A stretch of 64,000 bases of DNA, taken from NCBI GenBank assembly GCA_009783465.1, contig WRDM01000011.1:2911-66910 (forward strand), read 5' to 3'. The notes under the pieces are model-generated. The model was not told the DNA's origin and did not search any database. It worked only from the letters and a program-made list of their open reading frames with translations. The position numbers were made by a program, and so were the translations under genes. Position 1 is the stretch's first letter. The number at the start of each line of letters is the position of its first letter. Positions 52,102 to 63,677 of the stretch are shown here, piece by piece. Origin of the DNA: Phycisphaerae bacterium (GTDB lineage: Bacteria > Planctomycetota > Phycisphaerae > SM23-33).

Positions 52102-52226
52102 GACAGGTGACAAGCGACAAGTGACCAGAGCAGGAATGTCTTGTTTTGTTCCACGCTCTCGCGCAGTGTGGACGTTTTGAAAGACAAGACTTTCCTGCTC
52201 TGGTCACTTGTCGCTTGTCACTTGTC
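52102..52226. repeat. Hairpin repeat with 7-nt gacaagt arms; inverted homolog of 5665-5793
   Basis: gacaggtgacaagcgacaagtgaccagagcagg (52102-52134) pairs with cctgctctggtcacttgtcgcttgtcacttgtc (52194-52226). It ends 1 nt before the acetyltransferase stop codon. Confidence 0.85.
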
Positions 52227-52227
52227 C

Positions 52228-53376
52228 TCACACATGCGACGGCATGGGCACGGTGAAGGGGAGCGGGAAAATCTGGTTCAGCCATCGCAGCGAGGGCGGC
52301 AGGTGCGTGACGGCCGACGGCGACCAGGGGCCAAACAGCAGGCGGACCATCTGCAATTCGTCCAGGTGCAGTTCGTCCTCGCTGCGCCGGGCCGGGTTGT
52401 TGCCGAGCGTGCATCGCTGCGGCGTTTCGCCGCGGAGCATGACCAGTGTCGCCCGCTCGCCCTCGGGCACGTTAGGCTGCCAGATCGGCGCATAGGCCTC
52501 CAACAGTCGCGGGAGATTGTGGATGCGGAGATTGAGCAGTTCGGGCGAGACCCATTCGGCGCGGGGCCAAAAATAATTCGTTTGCGGCGTCGCGCCGGGG
52601 CAGCAGGGGACCGAGACCGCGCCCTGGCTGTTTTGGTCCGCGATGGCCGCCAGCAGCGCGTGGAGGGCGTGGAACTCCCCGCCGTATTCGAGAATGGAAT
52701 CCGAGTTGTGCGGCGCAACGGCGAACGCCGCCGGCACGGCCTCGGCAGGGGCGTGTTGCGGCGAAGCGGTCCAGAGGATCTGCGGATTGCCGCGTGTGAG
52801 TTTTCGCAGCCAGGTTTCGTGTGGATAGACACACCGCACGGGCTGATGGGTGTAGAGCGTCCAGAGGCGGTTGTCCGTGGCGGCCTCGGCGGCGGGGCGG
52901 GAGGCGATGTCGAAGCCCTCCGGCGCCGGCGCGAGCGTCTTGCGGCTGAGTCGGCACCGCATGGCCGTGCCCGCGACCTCCCAGCCGAAATGGGCGTAGC
53001 GGTCGCGCCGCCCGCCCAGCCAGGACATTGGCGCCGACGTCGACTCCATGTGTGCGACGGTGTCGTTCATCAAGGCCGTCATGAAGCCGCGCCCGCGGTA
53101 CTCGCTCAGGCAGGACACCTGCCCGATGCCGAACATCTTCACCGTTGCGGGCCCCAGCACGAGCGTCTGCGGATAGCACCCGACGCACGCGACAATTCGG
53201 CCATCCTGGCGGATGATCCGATGACACGCCATTGCCTCGTCCGTCGGGTCGAACAGATCGGCATACAAAAAATCAAACCCCGGGTGCGAGGGATTCTCAA
53301 CCCGAAACGCCGCCGCGAGCATGTCCAGCAATTCGCGACGATCGGCAACTTTTGCGGTTTCAATTGTGGGAGTCAT
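52228..53376 (-). CDS. GNAT family N-acetyltransferase (Eis-like, two-domain)
   Basis: The acetyl-CoA binding region is GIGQVSCLSEYRGRGFMTALMNDTVAHM. The 382-aa length and C-terminal extension are typical of Eis/enhanced intracellular survival-type GNATs. Confidence 0.7.
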   Translation of the reverse strand: MTPTIETAKVADRRELLDMLAAAFRVENPSHPGFDFLYADLFDPTDEAMACHRIIRQDGRIVACVGCYPQTLVLGPATVKMFGIGQVSCLSEYRGRGFMTALMNDTVAHMESTSAPMSWLGGRRDRYAHFGWEVAGTAMRCRLSRKTLAPAPEGFDIASRPAAEAATDNRLWTLYTHQPVRCVYPHETWLRKLTRGNPQILWTASPQHAPAEAVPAAFAVAPHNSDSILEYGGEFHALHALLAAIADQNSQGAVSVPCCPGATPQTNYFWPRAEWVSPELLNLRIHNLPRLLEAYAPIWQPNVPEGERATLVMLRGETPQRCTLGNNPARRSEDELHLDELQMVRLLFGPWSPSAVTHLPPSLRWLNQIFPLPFTVPMPSHV

Positions 53377-53432
53377 GGGCGTTTTTTACCACAGAGGCGA
53401 GGAAGGGTGTGAAAAAAATTATCCGACCTCGC

Positions 53433-53695
53433 GAAGACCGAGCAGGATTACGCGGATGGAAGGATTGTATGGAGAATTGTTCGTTCCAGTACGGCCATTC
53501 GGTAATTCAGGGATAACGTATCGAAATTTCCCCGGTTTTCCGCATGCCCTCTGGAATCGGCGCGCCTGGCCACAGGCCCTGCCAGTTTGCGTTGTAAGAC
53601 GTTGTGCGTGATACAGCGCTTCATTTGTCACAACGACCTACAACGCAAACTGGCAGGGCTGCTGTGGCCAGGCGCGCCGATTCCAGAGGGCATGC
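53433..53695. repeat. Mosaic repeat region: truncated relative of the 12781 element plus a 54-56-bp-arm inverted repeat
   Basis: gaagaccgagcaggattacgcggat (from 53433) matches the 12781 terminus. The IR arm 53542-53595 (gcatgccctctggaatcggcgcgcctggccacaggccctgccagtttgcgttgt) pairs with 53640-53695. The loop motif is related to the element inside mnmG. Confidence 0.8.
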
Positions 53696-53716
53696 GTGTC
53701 GATGTCCGCGTCGTCG

Positions 53717-54388
53717 TTATGCCCGTCGTCGCCGCAGCAGCGCCAGGCCGCCCAGGGCCAGCAGGGTCATCGTCATCGGCTCGGGAACGGGCGTGCCGAA
53801 GAAGGTGACATTGCCGATGCCGACGTAGAGATCGCCCACGGGCCAGCCGGGCTTCATCTCGCCGTTGTCGTTCCAAAACCATTCTTCAAACGGAAAGCTT
53901 TGCCCTCCGCCGCGCACGATCTCGAACTTGACCGCATTGGCCTGTTCATTGAAGGCAATGCCGTCGACCTTGGCCCCAGCCCCGTCGCCGGTGGGAAGTC
54001 CGGTCACATCGAACGCAAAGCTCCACGTGGTGCCGCCGTCGGTGGAGACATAGACGTTCATGTCGTTGACGCCCTTCCAGTGGGATCCCCAGAAATTCTG
54101 GAAATCCATGGAGTCGACCTGATACAAATCGTCGAAGTAAAACGCGATCCACGGAGCGGTGTCGGGATCCTCAAGAACGACGGGACCACCGTAGGTCGGA
54201 TTGGCCGCGCTGTTCCATTGTCCCTCACCAGGCCGCCAAGCGATTGGCTGCCCCTCGGGGACGATCGGACCGTTTCCGTAACTGGACGCCCACACGTCGG
54301 CGATGGGAATCGCCCCCGCGCCCGCCGAGGCGACGACAAACAAAGCCGCCGATACAGCCAAAACCCATGCTGTCTTGCTCACGTTCAT
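53717..54388 (-). CDS. PEP-CTERM-anchored secreted protein (discoidin/carbohydrate-binding-like domain)
   Basis: ATG at 54388 gives the signal peptide MNVSKTAWVLAVSAALFVVASAGA. The C-terminus VPEPMTMTLLALGGLALLRRRRA is a PEP-CTERM sorting signal. No exosortase gene is in the window. Confidence 0.8.
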   Translation of the reverse strand: MNVSKTAWVLAVSAALFVVASAGAGAIPIADVWASSYGNGPIVPEGQPIAWRPGEGQWNSAANPTYGGPVVLEDPDTAPWIAFYFDDLYQVDSMDFQNFWGSHWKGVNDMNVYVSTDGGTTWSFAFDVTGLPTGDGAGAKVDGIAFNEQANAVKFEIVRGGGQSFPFEEWFWNDNGEMKPGWPVGDLYVGIGNVTFFGTPVPEPMTMTLLALGGLALLRRRRA

Positions 54389-54756
54389 GTCTCTGCTCCT
54401 TTGGCGAAAAAATATAACGAAATGGCCGCACGCCAGCACACAACGATCGTGCGATCGGGAACGAGTCCGCGTCTCCGAGTCTGTATGTTCAGCCTACCGC
54501 ATTTTCCTCCGGCGTCAAGCGCGTTTTCCGGGCCGGATTTTTTCAGAACCCCCGTCCCATGGTCCCCGCGAAAAAATCGCGGATCGCGGGTAAATATTCC
54601 ATGATCGGGCCTAGAATTTCGCGACTTGTCGAGACATCGGAGAGGGCGGCTGGATGGGTCAACGCGGGCCAGGGGGGTCTGCTTTCTGCCCGTCCTCGCG
54701 AACGTTCAGGGGCGGCGACGTCGGGGGAACCCGGCACGCCATGAAAGGAACCGACC

Positions 54757-55275
54757 ATGTACCGAATGCTGAGTCTGGGCGTGATGGTGGCGTTGCTGGG
54801 GTCGCTGATGGGGTGTGCGAGCAGCGGGGAGCCCCAGGCGCGGAGTCGCTGGTCCGGCGGCAGCACGCCTCCGGGGTATCAGTGGGGCGAGGGGTTGACG
54901 TCGCTGTGGGATTCGTCGACGTACAACACGCAGGTGCTGCAGGCCTGCCACGACCTCTACGACGGCAAGATGGCGATTACGCGCGTCAATGCCGCCAAGC
55001 GTCTTGGCGAACTCAAGCCCACGAGCAATTTCGCGGTGGAGCGGCTGGAGCGTGGCATGAAGGATCGCGTGATGGAGGTTCGTATCGCGTCGGCGTTGGC
55101 GTTGCAGGAGATCGGCACGGACGGCGCGATGCGGCATCTGAAGGAGGCGCAGGAAAAAGGCCAGGTGCCGTGCGATCTGCCCACATCGGCCGGCCAGGGC
55201 AGCGCGTTCCAGGGCGATAACACGCCCTCCGACAGCACGGAGACGACGGTGGAAGTGAAGGCGAGGAAGGACTGA
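54757..55275 (+). CDS. Lipoprotein with HEAT-like repeats
   Basis: The signal peptide and lipobox are MYRMLSLGVMVALLGSLMGC. HEAT/PBS-lyase-like repeats are present (RVNAAKRLGELK, VRIASALALQEIGTDGAMRHL). Confidence 0.65.
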   Translation: MYRMLSLGVMVALLGSLMGCASSGEPQARSRWSGGSTPPGYQWGEGLTSLWDSSTYNTQVLQACHDLYDGKMAITRVNAAKRLGELKPTSNFAVERLERGMKDRVMEVRIASALALQEIGTDGAMRHLKEAQEKGQVPCDLPTSAGQGSAFQGDNTPSDSTETTVEVKARKD

Positions 55276-55282
55276 GAGGAAG

Positions 55283-55393
55283 GCTGTTAGACTGTTAGGC
55301 TGTTAGACTGTTCGGGAGAGGCTTATGAAGGATTTGGCCTGATTTTTCATGAGCCTGCGCCTAACAGCCTAACAGCCTAATAGTCTAACAGTC
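55283..55393. repeat. Hairpin repeat with 8-nt periodic arms (cctaacag family), copy 2 of 2
   Basis: gctgttagactgttaggctgttagactgtt pairs with cctaacagcctaacagcctaatagtctaacagtc. The core ggcttatg...tcatgagcctgcgcc matches 7284-7392. It lies between convergent genes. Confidence 0.85.
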
Positions 55394-55401
55394 TCTGTCT
55401 C

Positions 55402-56427
55402 CTACAGCCTGCTGAAGTACCATATCACCACGCCGGCCAAGAGGAGGCGGTAGACGCCGAAGGGTGTCAGGCCGTGTTTGGTGAGCCAGCCGACGAGGCC
55501 CTTGATGGCGGCGGCGCCGACGACGGCGGAGACCAACACGCCGACGACAAGGGCGAGCGGCCCGGCGGATTCGATCAATGCGCCGTGGTTTTTATACCCT
55601 TCGTAGAGTGTGGCGGCGGCGATGGTCGGCAGGGACAGCAGAAAGCTGAACTCTGCCGCTTTGAGCATGTTCAGGCCGATCAGCAGCCCGGCGACGATGG
55701 TCATCATGCTTCGGCTGGTGCCCGGCCACATGGCGAGCGTCTGCGCCAGGCCGATCGCCAGCGCGTGCCAGTAGGTCAGGTCTTCGATGCCGATCCGTTT
55801 TCGCCCCGGCGTGCGGCGGTACCAGAATTCCACGGCGATCATCAGCACCGCGCCGAACGCCAGCGCGTACGCCACCGGCATCGGCGAGTAGAGTTCCTTG
55901 ATGGACTTGTGAAAGAGCAGTCCGATGACGGCCGCCGGCATGAACGCGATCAGCAGCAGGAAAAAGAGTTTGATGCCCTGTTTTCGTTCGGGGGAGAGCT
56001 GCTCGCGGGCGGTCTTTCTTTTGAACAGCGCGGCCGCACCGCCAAAGACGCCGCCGGCCATCTGGCCGACCCGCCGCCAATACAGCCCGACGACCGCCAG
56101 CAGCGTCCCGAGATGCAGCACGACGTCGAACGCGTCGATGGCATCGGAATCCTTCAACTTCCGCCCCATAGGCCCACGCTCGTCGCCGTACTCCGTCAGC
56201 CCCAGCTTGTGACCGACCAGAATCAGATGCCCCGTCGAGGAGACCGGCAGGAACTCCGTCAATCCCTGGACAGCCCCGAGAATGGCGGCATCGCCGACAG
56301 AAATCGTCGTTTTGGGTGATGATTTTTCCGCGTCCTCGGCGGGCGTTGTGGTGGGGTCTTGCGTTTGCGCGATGGCGGCAGTCGAGAACACACCGGCGAG
56401 GAGGAATGACAACAGGTTTTTTTTCAT
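55402..56427 (-). CDS. uppP: Undecaprenyl-diphosphate phosphatase
   Basis: The BacA/UppP motif GAVQGLTEFLPVSSTGHLIL is present and the protein is polytopic. It has an extended N-terminal signal-like region. Confidence 0.9.
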   Translation of the reverse strand: MKKNLLSFLLAGVFSTAAIAQTQDPTTTPAEDAEKSSPKTTISVGDAAILGAVQGLTEFLPVSSTGHLILVGHKLGLTEYGDERGPMGRKLKDSDAIDAFDVVLHLGTLLAVVGLYWRRVGQMAGGVFGGAAALFKRKTAREQLSPERKQGIKLFFLLLIAFMPAAVIGLLFHKSIKELYSPMPVAYALAFGAVLMIAVEFWYRRTPGRKRIGIEDLTYWHALAIGLAQTLAMWPGTSRSMMTIVAGLLIGLNMLKAAEFSFLLSLPTIAAATLYEGYKNHGALIESAGPLALVVGVLVSAVVGAAAIKGLVGWLTKHGLTPFGVYRLLLAGVVIWYFSRL

Positions 56428-56534
56428 GCGAGAATCTCAATCGTTTTCAACGTCCTGCAGTGCAAAACGGCAAGCCATATCCGCATCCATCCTTACATTC
56501 CTGAATCCCTGAAAAAATTCGCGAAAATTCGCGG

Positions 56535-57038
56535 CTACAAAATTCCAGCGCGGAAAATCACCTGCGCCACGATGTTCGCGTACACGCCGGCCATGATGTC
56601 GTCCATGAGGACGCCCCAGCCTTTGGGGAGCTTTTCGAACTGCCTCGCCGGCGGCGGCTTGAGGACATCCATGATGCGGAACAATACAAAACACACGCCG
56701 GCGGTGATCAGCCAACCTTTCCATGTGCATTCGCCGGCCGGCAGGGTAACGGGCACGCCCAGCAGCGCCACCGCCTGGCCGGCCACCTCGTCAATCGTGC
56801 AGTATTTCGGGTCCTTCTTCTTCCACGTCCGCTCGGTGAAGTCGCCAAACGCCACGCAGGCCACCGACGCCAGCACCGCCGTCGCGACCATCGCCCATTG
56901 CGCCATGGCCCAGGATGAGCACGACCCCACCCACGCCACGGCCAGGAAAATCGCCACCGTCACCAGCGAACCCCATGTGCCGCTGGCGGGAAGATAGCCC
57001 GTGCCGAATCCCGTCACGATCAATTTTCGTACGCCCAT
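56535..57038 (-). CDS. pgpA: Phosphatidylglycerophosphatase A
   Basis: The ATG at 57038 overlaps the pgsA stop (TAATG). The PgpA N-terminal motif LIVTGFGTGYLPASGTWGS is present, and the C-terminal motif is FRIMDVLKPPPAR...GWGVLMDDIMAG. Confidence 0.85.
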   Translation of the reverse strand: MGVRKLIVTGFGTGYLPASGTWGSLVTVAIFLAVAWVGSCSSWAMAQWAMVATAVLASVACVAFGDFTERTWKKKDPKYCTIDEVAGQAVALLGVPVTLPAGECTWKGWLITAGVCFVLFRIMDVLKPPPARQFEKLPKGWGVLMDDIMAGVYANIVAQVIFRAGIL

Positions 57039-57688
57039 TACGCCGTCCCGTCGTCGCGGAAGACCTGCCGGATTTTGCCCACGTACGCCAGGCCGCTCAG
57101 CACCGTGCCGACCGTCGCCAGCCAGACCAGGGCAATCTTCCCGATCACCGCCCATTCTTCATCGGGAAAATTGGCGGTTTGCAACAGTACGCCGCAGATC
57201 GCCGCCGACTGGAGAAACATCTTGAGCTTCCCCACCGGCGTGGCGGGAAACTTGATGCCCTGACTCTCGCTGTAGCCCCGCACCGCCGACACCAGCAGCT
57301 CCCGGCAGAGAATTACCACCACCATCCACGACTGCACCGCCGAAATCATGTGCCCGTTGATCCAGAAGGCCATCTGTTCGGCCCCCTCGCGGTGACCGGC
57401 GGGCGCGGCGAAATTCGACCCCGCCAGCATGATGAACGCGCCCAGCACGAGTACCTTGTCGACGAACGGATCGGCGATGCGGCCGAACGCGCTGGTCCAG
57501 TTGTATTTCCGCGCGATCCACCCGTCGAGGACGTCGGTGACGCCCGCGACGAGATAGACGACCAAGGCCGCGTTCAGCAGCCAAGGCGCCGCGCCGTTGG
57601 CGAGGTCGACCATGCCCAGCAGCACGAAAAACAACACCGCCAGTCCGATGCGGGCCACCGTCAATTGATTGGGCAACTTCCAGTTCAT
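57038..57688 (-). CDS. pgsA: CDP-diacylglycerol--glycerol-3-phosphate 3-phosphatidyltransferase
   Basis: The CDP-alcohol phosphatidyltransferase motif DVLDGWIARKYNWTSAFGRIADPFVDK is present. The N-terminus is LPNQLTVARI. Confidence 0.9.
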   Translation of the reverse strand: MNWKLPNQLTVARIGLAVLFFVLLGMVDLANGAAPWLLNAALVVYLVAGVTDVLDGWIARKYNWTSAFGRIADPFVDKVLVLGAFIMLAGSNFAAPAGHREGAEQMAFWINGHMISAVQSWMVVVILCRELLVSAVRGYSESQGIKFPATPVGKLKMFLQSAAICGVLLQTANFPDEEWAVIGKIALVWLATVGTVLSGLAYVGKIRQVFRDDGTA

Positions 57689-57706
57689 GTCGTTGTGTAA
57701 AAAACG

Positions 57707-59359
57707 TTACCGAATCAGATTGTCCGCCGTCATTTCCTTTGGGACGTCGATATGCATCAGTTTCAGGATGGTCGGCGCGACGTCGCTGAGTTTGCCGTGG
57801 GCGATCAGTTTTTCGCCGGTGGCGTTTTTGCTCACCAGGATGCAGTGGACCGGGTTGGTGGTGTGAGCGGTTTGCGGCGCGCCGGTTTCCATGTCGACCA
57901 TCTGTTCGGCGTTGCCGTGGTCGGCGGTCACGAGGAGCACGCCGTCGCGTTCCAGCACGGCCTGCACGATTTGTCCCACGCAGTCGTCGACGGTTTCGAT
58001 CGCCTTGACAGCGGCGGCGAACACGCCGGTGTGCCCCACCATGTCGCCGTTGGCGTAGTTGAGCACGATGAAGTCATACGTGTTGGCCAGGTCGGCGGCG
58101 GTTTCGTTGGGGAAGGGCAGCGTCTCCAGTTCGGTCTGCGGCGTGTTGCGGGCCTGCTCGCGAACGGCGGCGATGCCGTCCCGAATGGCCGTCAGGGCCA
58201 ACGCGGTCACCGGGTACGCGCTCATCTCGGGCTGGCGGTCCTCGGGAATCGTGATGCTGGCGACCTGGATGCGGTCCTCGCCTCCGTAGGGTTCGATCCG
58301 CTTGCCGTTGAAAAAGCTCGTCACGTGGCGGTATTTCTGGAATTCCGCGATGCGAAGCTGGTGTCGGCCCGCCCGGCTGATAACTTCGCCCAGCAGATTG
58401 GCCATGTTCATCGGCGGGATGAGTTCGTCGGTAAACTGGTCCCAGTATCTCGTCAGGCCCATGAAGAAAACTTTCGGCGCCGGTCCGCGGTTGAAGTGGG
58501 CGAAGTCGGCGTCGACGAACGCGTGGGCGAGTTGGATCGCGCGGTCCTGCCGGAAGTTGGTGTGGAGGACGGCGTCGCCGGGCTGGATCAGGCCGACGGG
58601 CTTGTCGGAGGCGTCGACGATGAGGGTGGGGCGGATGAATTCGTCGGTTTCGACGATGCCGCCTTTGGCGGCCTGCTCGGCGGCGCGGGCGTAGGCTTGT
58701 TCGATGGCTTGCCGGGCGGAGCGTGCGTGGAGTCCCTGGCCTTCGAACAGCGCGCGGTAGGCCTTCTCGGTGCGGTCCCAGTTTTCGCCTCGGTCCATGG
58801 CCCAGTATCGCCCCATGACGCTGCCGATTCGCCCGACGCCGGAGGCCTTCATCGCGGCTTCCAGCGCGTCGAGGTATGTCAAGGCGCTTTGGGGCGGCGT
58901 GTCGCGGCCGTCGGAGAAGAAATGCACCACCACGTTCTTGACCTGCTGGGCGGCGAGGTGCTTGATGAGGGCGAACAGGTGTTCCTGCACGGCATGGACG
59001 CCCTGATCCTGGACGAGGCCCATGAGGTGGAAGGCTCCGTTGTTGCGTTTGACCTGCTCGATGGCGGCGGTCAGTCGCGGGGAGGCCCACAATTCGCCCG
59101 TGCGGATGGCGATGTCCACGCGGGTGATTTCCTGCGTGACGACGCGCCCGGCGCCCATGTTCAAGTGTCCGACTTCGCTGGAGCCTTGCGATCCCGCCCG
59201 TACGCCGACCTCCTCGCCCGAGGCCGACAGCGTGCACCACGGGTACGTCGCCAGCAACGCGTCCGTGTTGGGCGTGCGGGCGGCCCGCACGGCGTTGCCT
59301 GAATACTCCGGTCCAATTCCCCAGCCGTCACGCACCAAGAGCACAATCGGTCGAGCCAT
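57707..59359 (-). CDS. gpmI: 2,3-bisphosphoglycerate-independent phosphoglycerate mutase
   Basis: The N-terminus VLLVRDGWG, the motifs GSSEVGHLNMGAGR and ANGDMVGHTG, and the C-terminus ITADHGNAE-like (VTADHGNAEQM) are canonical for iPGM. Confidence 0.95.
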   Translation of the reverse strand: MARPIVLLVRDGWGIGPEYSGNAVRAARTPNTDALLATYPWCTLSASGEEVGVRAGSQGSSEVGHLNMGAGRVVTQEITRVDIAIRTGELWASPRLTAAIEQVKRNNGAFHLMGLVQDQGVHAVQEHLFALIKHLAAQQVKNVVVHFFSDGRDTPPQSALTYLDALEAAMKASGVGRIGSVMGRYWAMDRGENWDRTEKAYRALFEGQGLHARSARQAIEQAYARAAEQAAKGGIVETDEFIRPTLIVDASDKPVGLIQPGDAVLHTNFRQDRAIQLAHAFVDADFAHFNRGPAPKVFFMGLTRYWDQFTDELIPPMNMANLLGEVISRAGRHQLRIAEFQKYRHVTSFFNGKRIEPYGGEDRIQVASITIPEDRQPEMSAYPVTALALTAIRDGIAAVREQARNTPQTELETLPFPNETAADLANTYDFIVLNYANGDMVGHTGVFAAAVKAIETVDDCVGQIVQAVLERDGVLLVTADHGNAEQMVDMETGAPQTAHTTNPVHCILVSKNATGEKLIAHGKLSDVAPTILKLMHIDVPKEMTADNLIR

Positions 59360-59457
59360 GTCATGTCCTTTCCTTACCGTAGTGTATCAGGACTCGACAC
59401 ATTGCTCAACGCGAATCGCCGAGCGGAGAGAATTGGAACCGACGTTTTGGCAAATTA

Positions 59458-59925
59458 TCAGAACAGCCACGCGTCGGTGGCGGTGGCGTTTGATGTTTTG
59501 TTTGTCGTGGCGAGGGCGCGCGTTTTTTGCTCCGTCGTCGTTGAGGTGGCGTCGGGGTTGTCGTCGAACCATCCCTCGTCGTCGGGGTTGTATTCATCCG
59601 CGGGGCCGAGATCTGGTTCGGCCAATGCGGTCGCCGTGGACGTTTCCCGCCATGGCAGCGCCCGCGACGTCGAAGCCGGTGTTTCCTCGACGGTCACCGC
59701 CGCCATCGCCGTCGCGATCGGCCTGGCGGTCGCGGCCGGGGTGTCGCCATAGGCCGGGACGTAATGCCCCAGCCGGGCGGAATGGCCTCGCAGCCGCGGC
59801 GCCTGGCTGCGAAGGAGGTGCTGAAGGTAGTCGTTGAGGTCCACTTCGTCAAACCGGGCCAGGAATTCCGGCAGGGCGGTTCGATTGAAGCTGCGAATTT
59901 CGTCGATCAGTTGCCGCTTGCTCAT
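59458..59925 (-). CDS. Hypothetical protein (conserved-looking N-terminal helix, acidic/low-complexity C-terminus)
   Basis: The ORF sits in the same-strand gene block between fusA and gpmI. ATG at 59925 has gagg upstream, and the alternative ATG is at 59937. I recognised no domain. Confidence 0.45.
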   Translation of the reverse strand: MSKRQLIDEIRSFNRTALPEFLARFDEVDLNDYLQHLLRSQAPRLRGHSARLGHYVPAYGDTPAATARPIATAMAAVTVEETPASTSRALPWRETSTATALAEPDLGPADEYNPDDEGWFDDNPDATSTTTEQKTRALATTNKTSNATATDAWLF

Positions 59926-59987
59926 GGTGTACCTCATGGCGTCGACACGACGCCCTTGAGGCTATCGGCGTGGCGGGGGAAAAAACT

Positions 59988-62078
<2,091 letters not shown>

Positions 62079-62156
62079 ACGATTATCGGCCAGATTATAG
62101 TCGCGGGAATTGTTTTTGTTAATCCGCAAATTTGCGGATGTCGTTTTCGTGTGCAC

Positions 62157-62302
62157 GACAGTGAAATCGTACCGTCAATTCCAGGGAATGTTTTCGTTGA
62201 TTCGTTAACTGGTTGACTGGTGAGGTTTCTCGAATTAACGAGTCAACCAGTTAACGAGTCAACGAAAACATTCCCTGGAATTGACTGTACGATTTCACCG
62301 TC
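62157..62302. repeat. 146-bp long hairpin (gttaacg family core, about 44-nt outer arms) between fusA and the upstream oxidoreductase gene
   Basis: gacagtgaaatcgtaccgtcaattccagggaatgttttcgtt pairs with aacgaaaacattccctggaattgactgtacgatttcaccgtc with 2 mismatches. The inner arms are gttaactggttgac/gtcaaccagttaac. The end motif gatttcaccgt also terminates the repeats at 33882 and 34750. Confidence 0.9.
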
Positions 62303-62318
62303 GTGCTGGTCACTGGAC

Positions 62319-63677
62319 TCACACCATGTCCTTGATATTCGACGCGTCGGTCGGGAAGGCGAAGGGCATGTCTTCCAGGGCGGCGACAGGGAGTTTGTTG
62401 CGGATCGCCAGGCCGAACAGGTTGATGACCTCCTCGCTGTTGGGCCCCAGCAGCGACGCGCCGACGATGCGCCCCTGGTGGCGGTCCACCAGCACGGCCG
62501 ATCCGGAATACTTCAGATTCAGCCGCCGGTTGCTCGGCCACGAGGCCATGTCGCGGCGGATGATGTCGTACGCCAGCCCGCGGGAGGCCGCCTGCTCCTC
62601 AGTGAGGCCCACGAACGCCAGCCTCGGCGACGTGAACACCACCGTCGGAATGCCCTCGTACTCCACGCGGCGGTGGTTGCCGCCGAGCATGTTCAGCGCG
62701 GCCGCGTCGCCCTCGATGCATGCGATCGGCTCCAGTTGCAGGCCGGGGCTGTCGTTGCAGTCGCCGGCCGCGTACACCGTCGGGTCGCTGACGCTCTGCA
62801 TGAACTCGTTGACGCACACGCCGCTGAGCGCGCCTTTTCGCAGCACGCCGCCGGCCTTGCAATCGAGGGCGTCGAGGTTCGGCACTCTGCCCGCGCCGTG
62901 AACGACCAGGTCGCCGCGCACCTCGATGGCCTGGCCCGCCTGAAGCCCGGTGACGGCGAACTCCGCCCCCTCGCGACGCACGCCCGTGACGTCTACCTTC
63001 GTCAAAATCTCCACGCCCGCCTCACGCGACGCCTCACGCAGCGTGTCCGTCAGCGGCTTGTCGAACTGCCGCAACAGCCGCGGACCTCGCTCAAGCACCG
63101 TCACCTTCGCGCCCGCCCTGGCCGCGACGTGGGCGAACTCCATCGAAATGTATCCGCCGCCGATGAACACCACGCGCGGCGGCAAATGATCCAACTCCAG
63201 AAACCCGTCACTGGTGAGCACCAACTCCTCGCCGACAATCCGCAACGGACGTGGATACGCGCCCGACGCGATCAGCGTGAAGCCGGCCTCGAACTCCCGC
63301 CCGTTGACGGCCAATCGTCCCGGCGCGACAAACCTCGCCTTGCCGTGCAGCGTCTGCACGCCCAGCGACACAAACAACGCCTCCGTGTCGCGAGGCACGT
63401 CGCGAATCAACGCCCGCTTGAATTCGATCAGCCGCTCCCACAACAGCCGGGGCGGATGGTCGATGACTCGCGCCTCTGCCAGCCGTCGACAATGCTGCAC
63501 CTGCCGACCAACCTCCGTGAGAATCACCTTCGGCAAACACCCGCGAAGCTCCGACGTGCCGCCGTAGGGCTGATAATCCGCCACCGCCACCGACCACCCC
63601 GCCCGCCGACACCGCACAATCGCCGCCCTTGCCGCCCCGCCCGTCCCCACCACAAACAAATCCACCTTCTCCGCCAT
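62319..63677 (-). CDS. FAD-dependent pyridine nucleotide-disulfide oxidoreductase family protein (glutathione reductase-like fold, non-canonical active site)
   Basis: ATG at 63677. The FAD motif is DLFVVGTGGAARAA. The NAD(P) motif is VVFIGGGYISMEFA, and AAGDC is present. The redox motif reads GGTSELRGCLPK rather than GGTCxxxGCxPxK. The dimerisation domain is present. Confidence 0.8.
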   Translation of the reverse strand: MAEKVDLFVVGTGGAARAAIVRCRRAGWSVAVADYQPYGGTSELRGCLPKVILTEVGRQVQHCRRLAEARVIDHPPRLLWERLIEFKRALIRDVPRDTEALFVSLGVQTLHGKARFVAPGRLAVNGREFEAGFTLIASGAYPRPLRIVGEELVLTSDGFLELDHLPPRVVFIGGGYISMEFAHVAARAGAKVTVLERGPRLLRQFDKPLTDTLREASREAGVEILTKVDVTGVRREGAEFAVTGLQAGQAIEVRGDLVVHGAGRVPNLDALDCKAGGVLRKGALSGVCVNEFMQSVSDPTVYAAGDCNDSPGLQLEPIACIEGDAAALNMLGGNHRRVEYEGIPTVVFTSPRLAFVGLTEEQAASRGLAYDIIRRDMASWPSNRRLNLKYSGSAVLVDRHQGRIVGASLLGPNSEEVINLFGLAIRNKLPVAALEDMPFAFPTDASNIKDMV

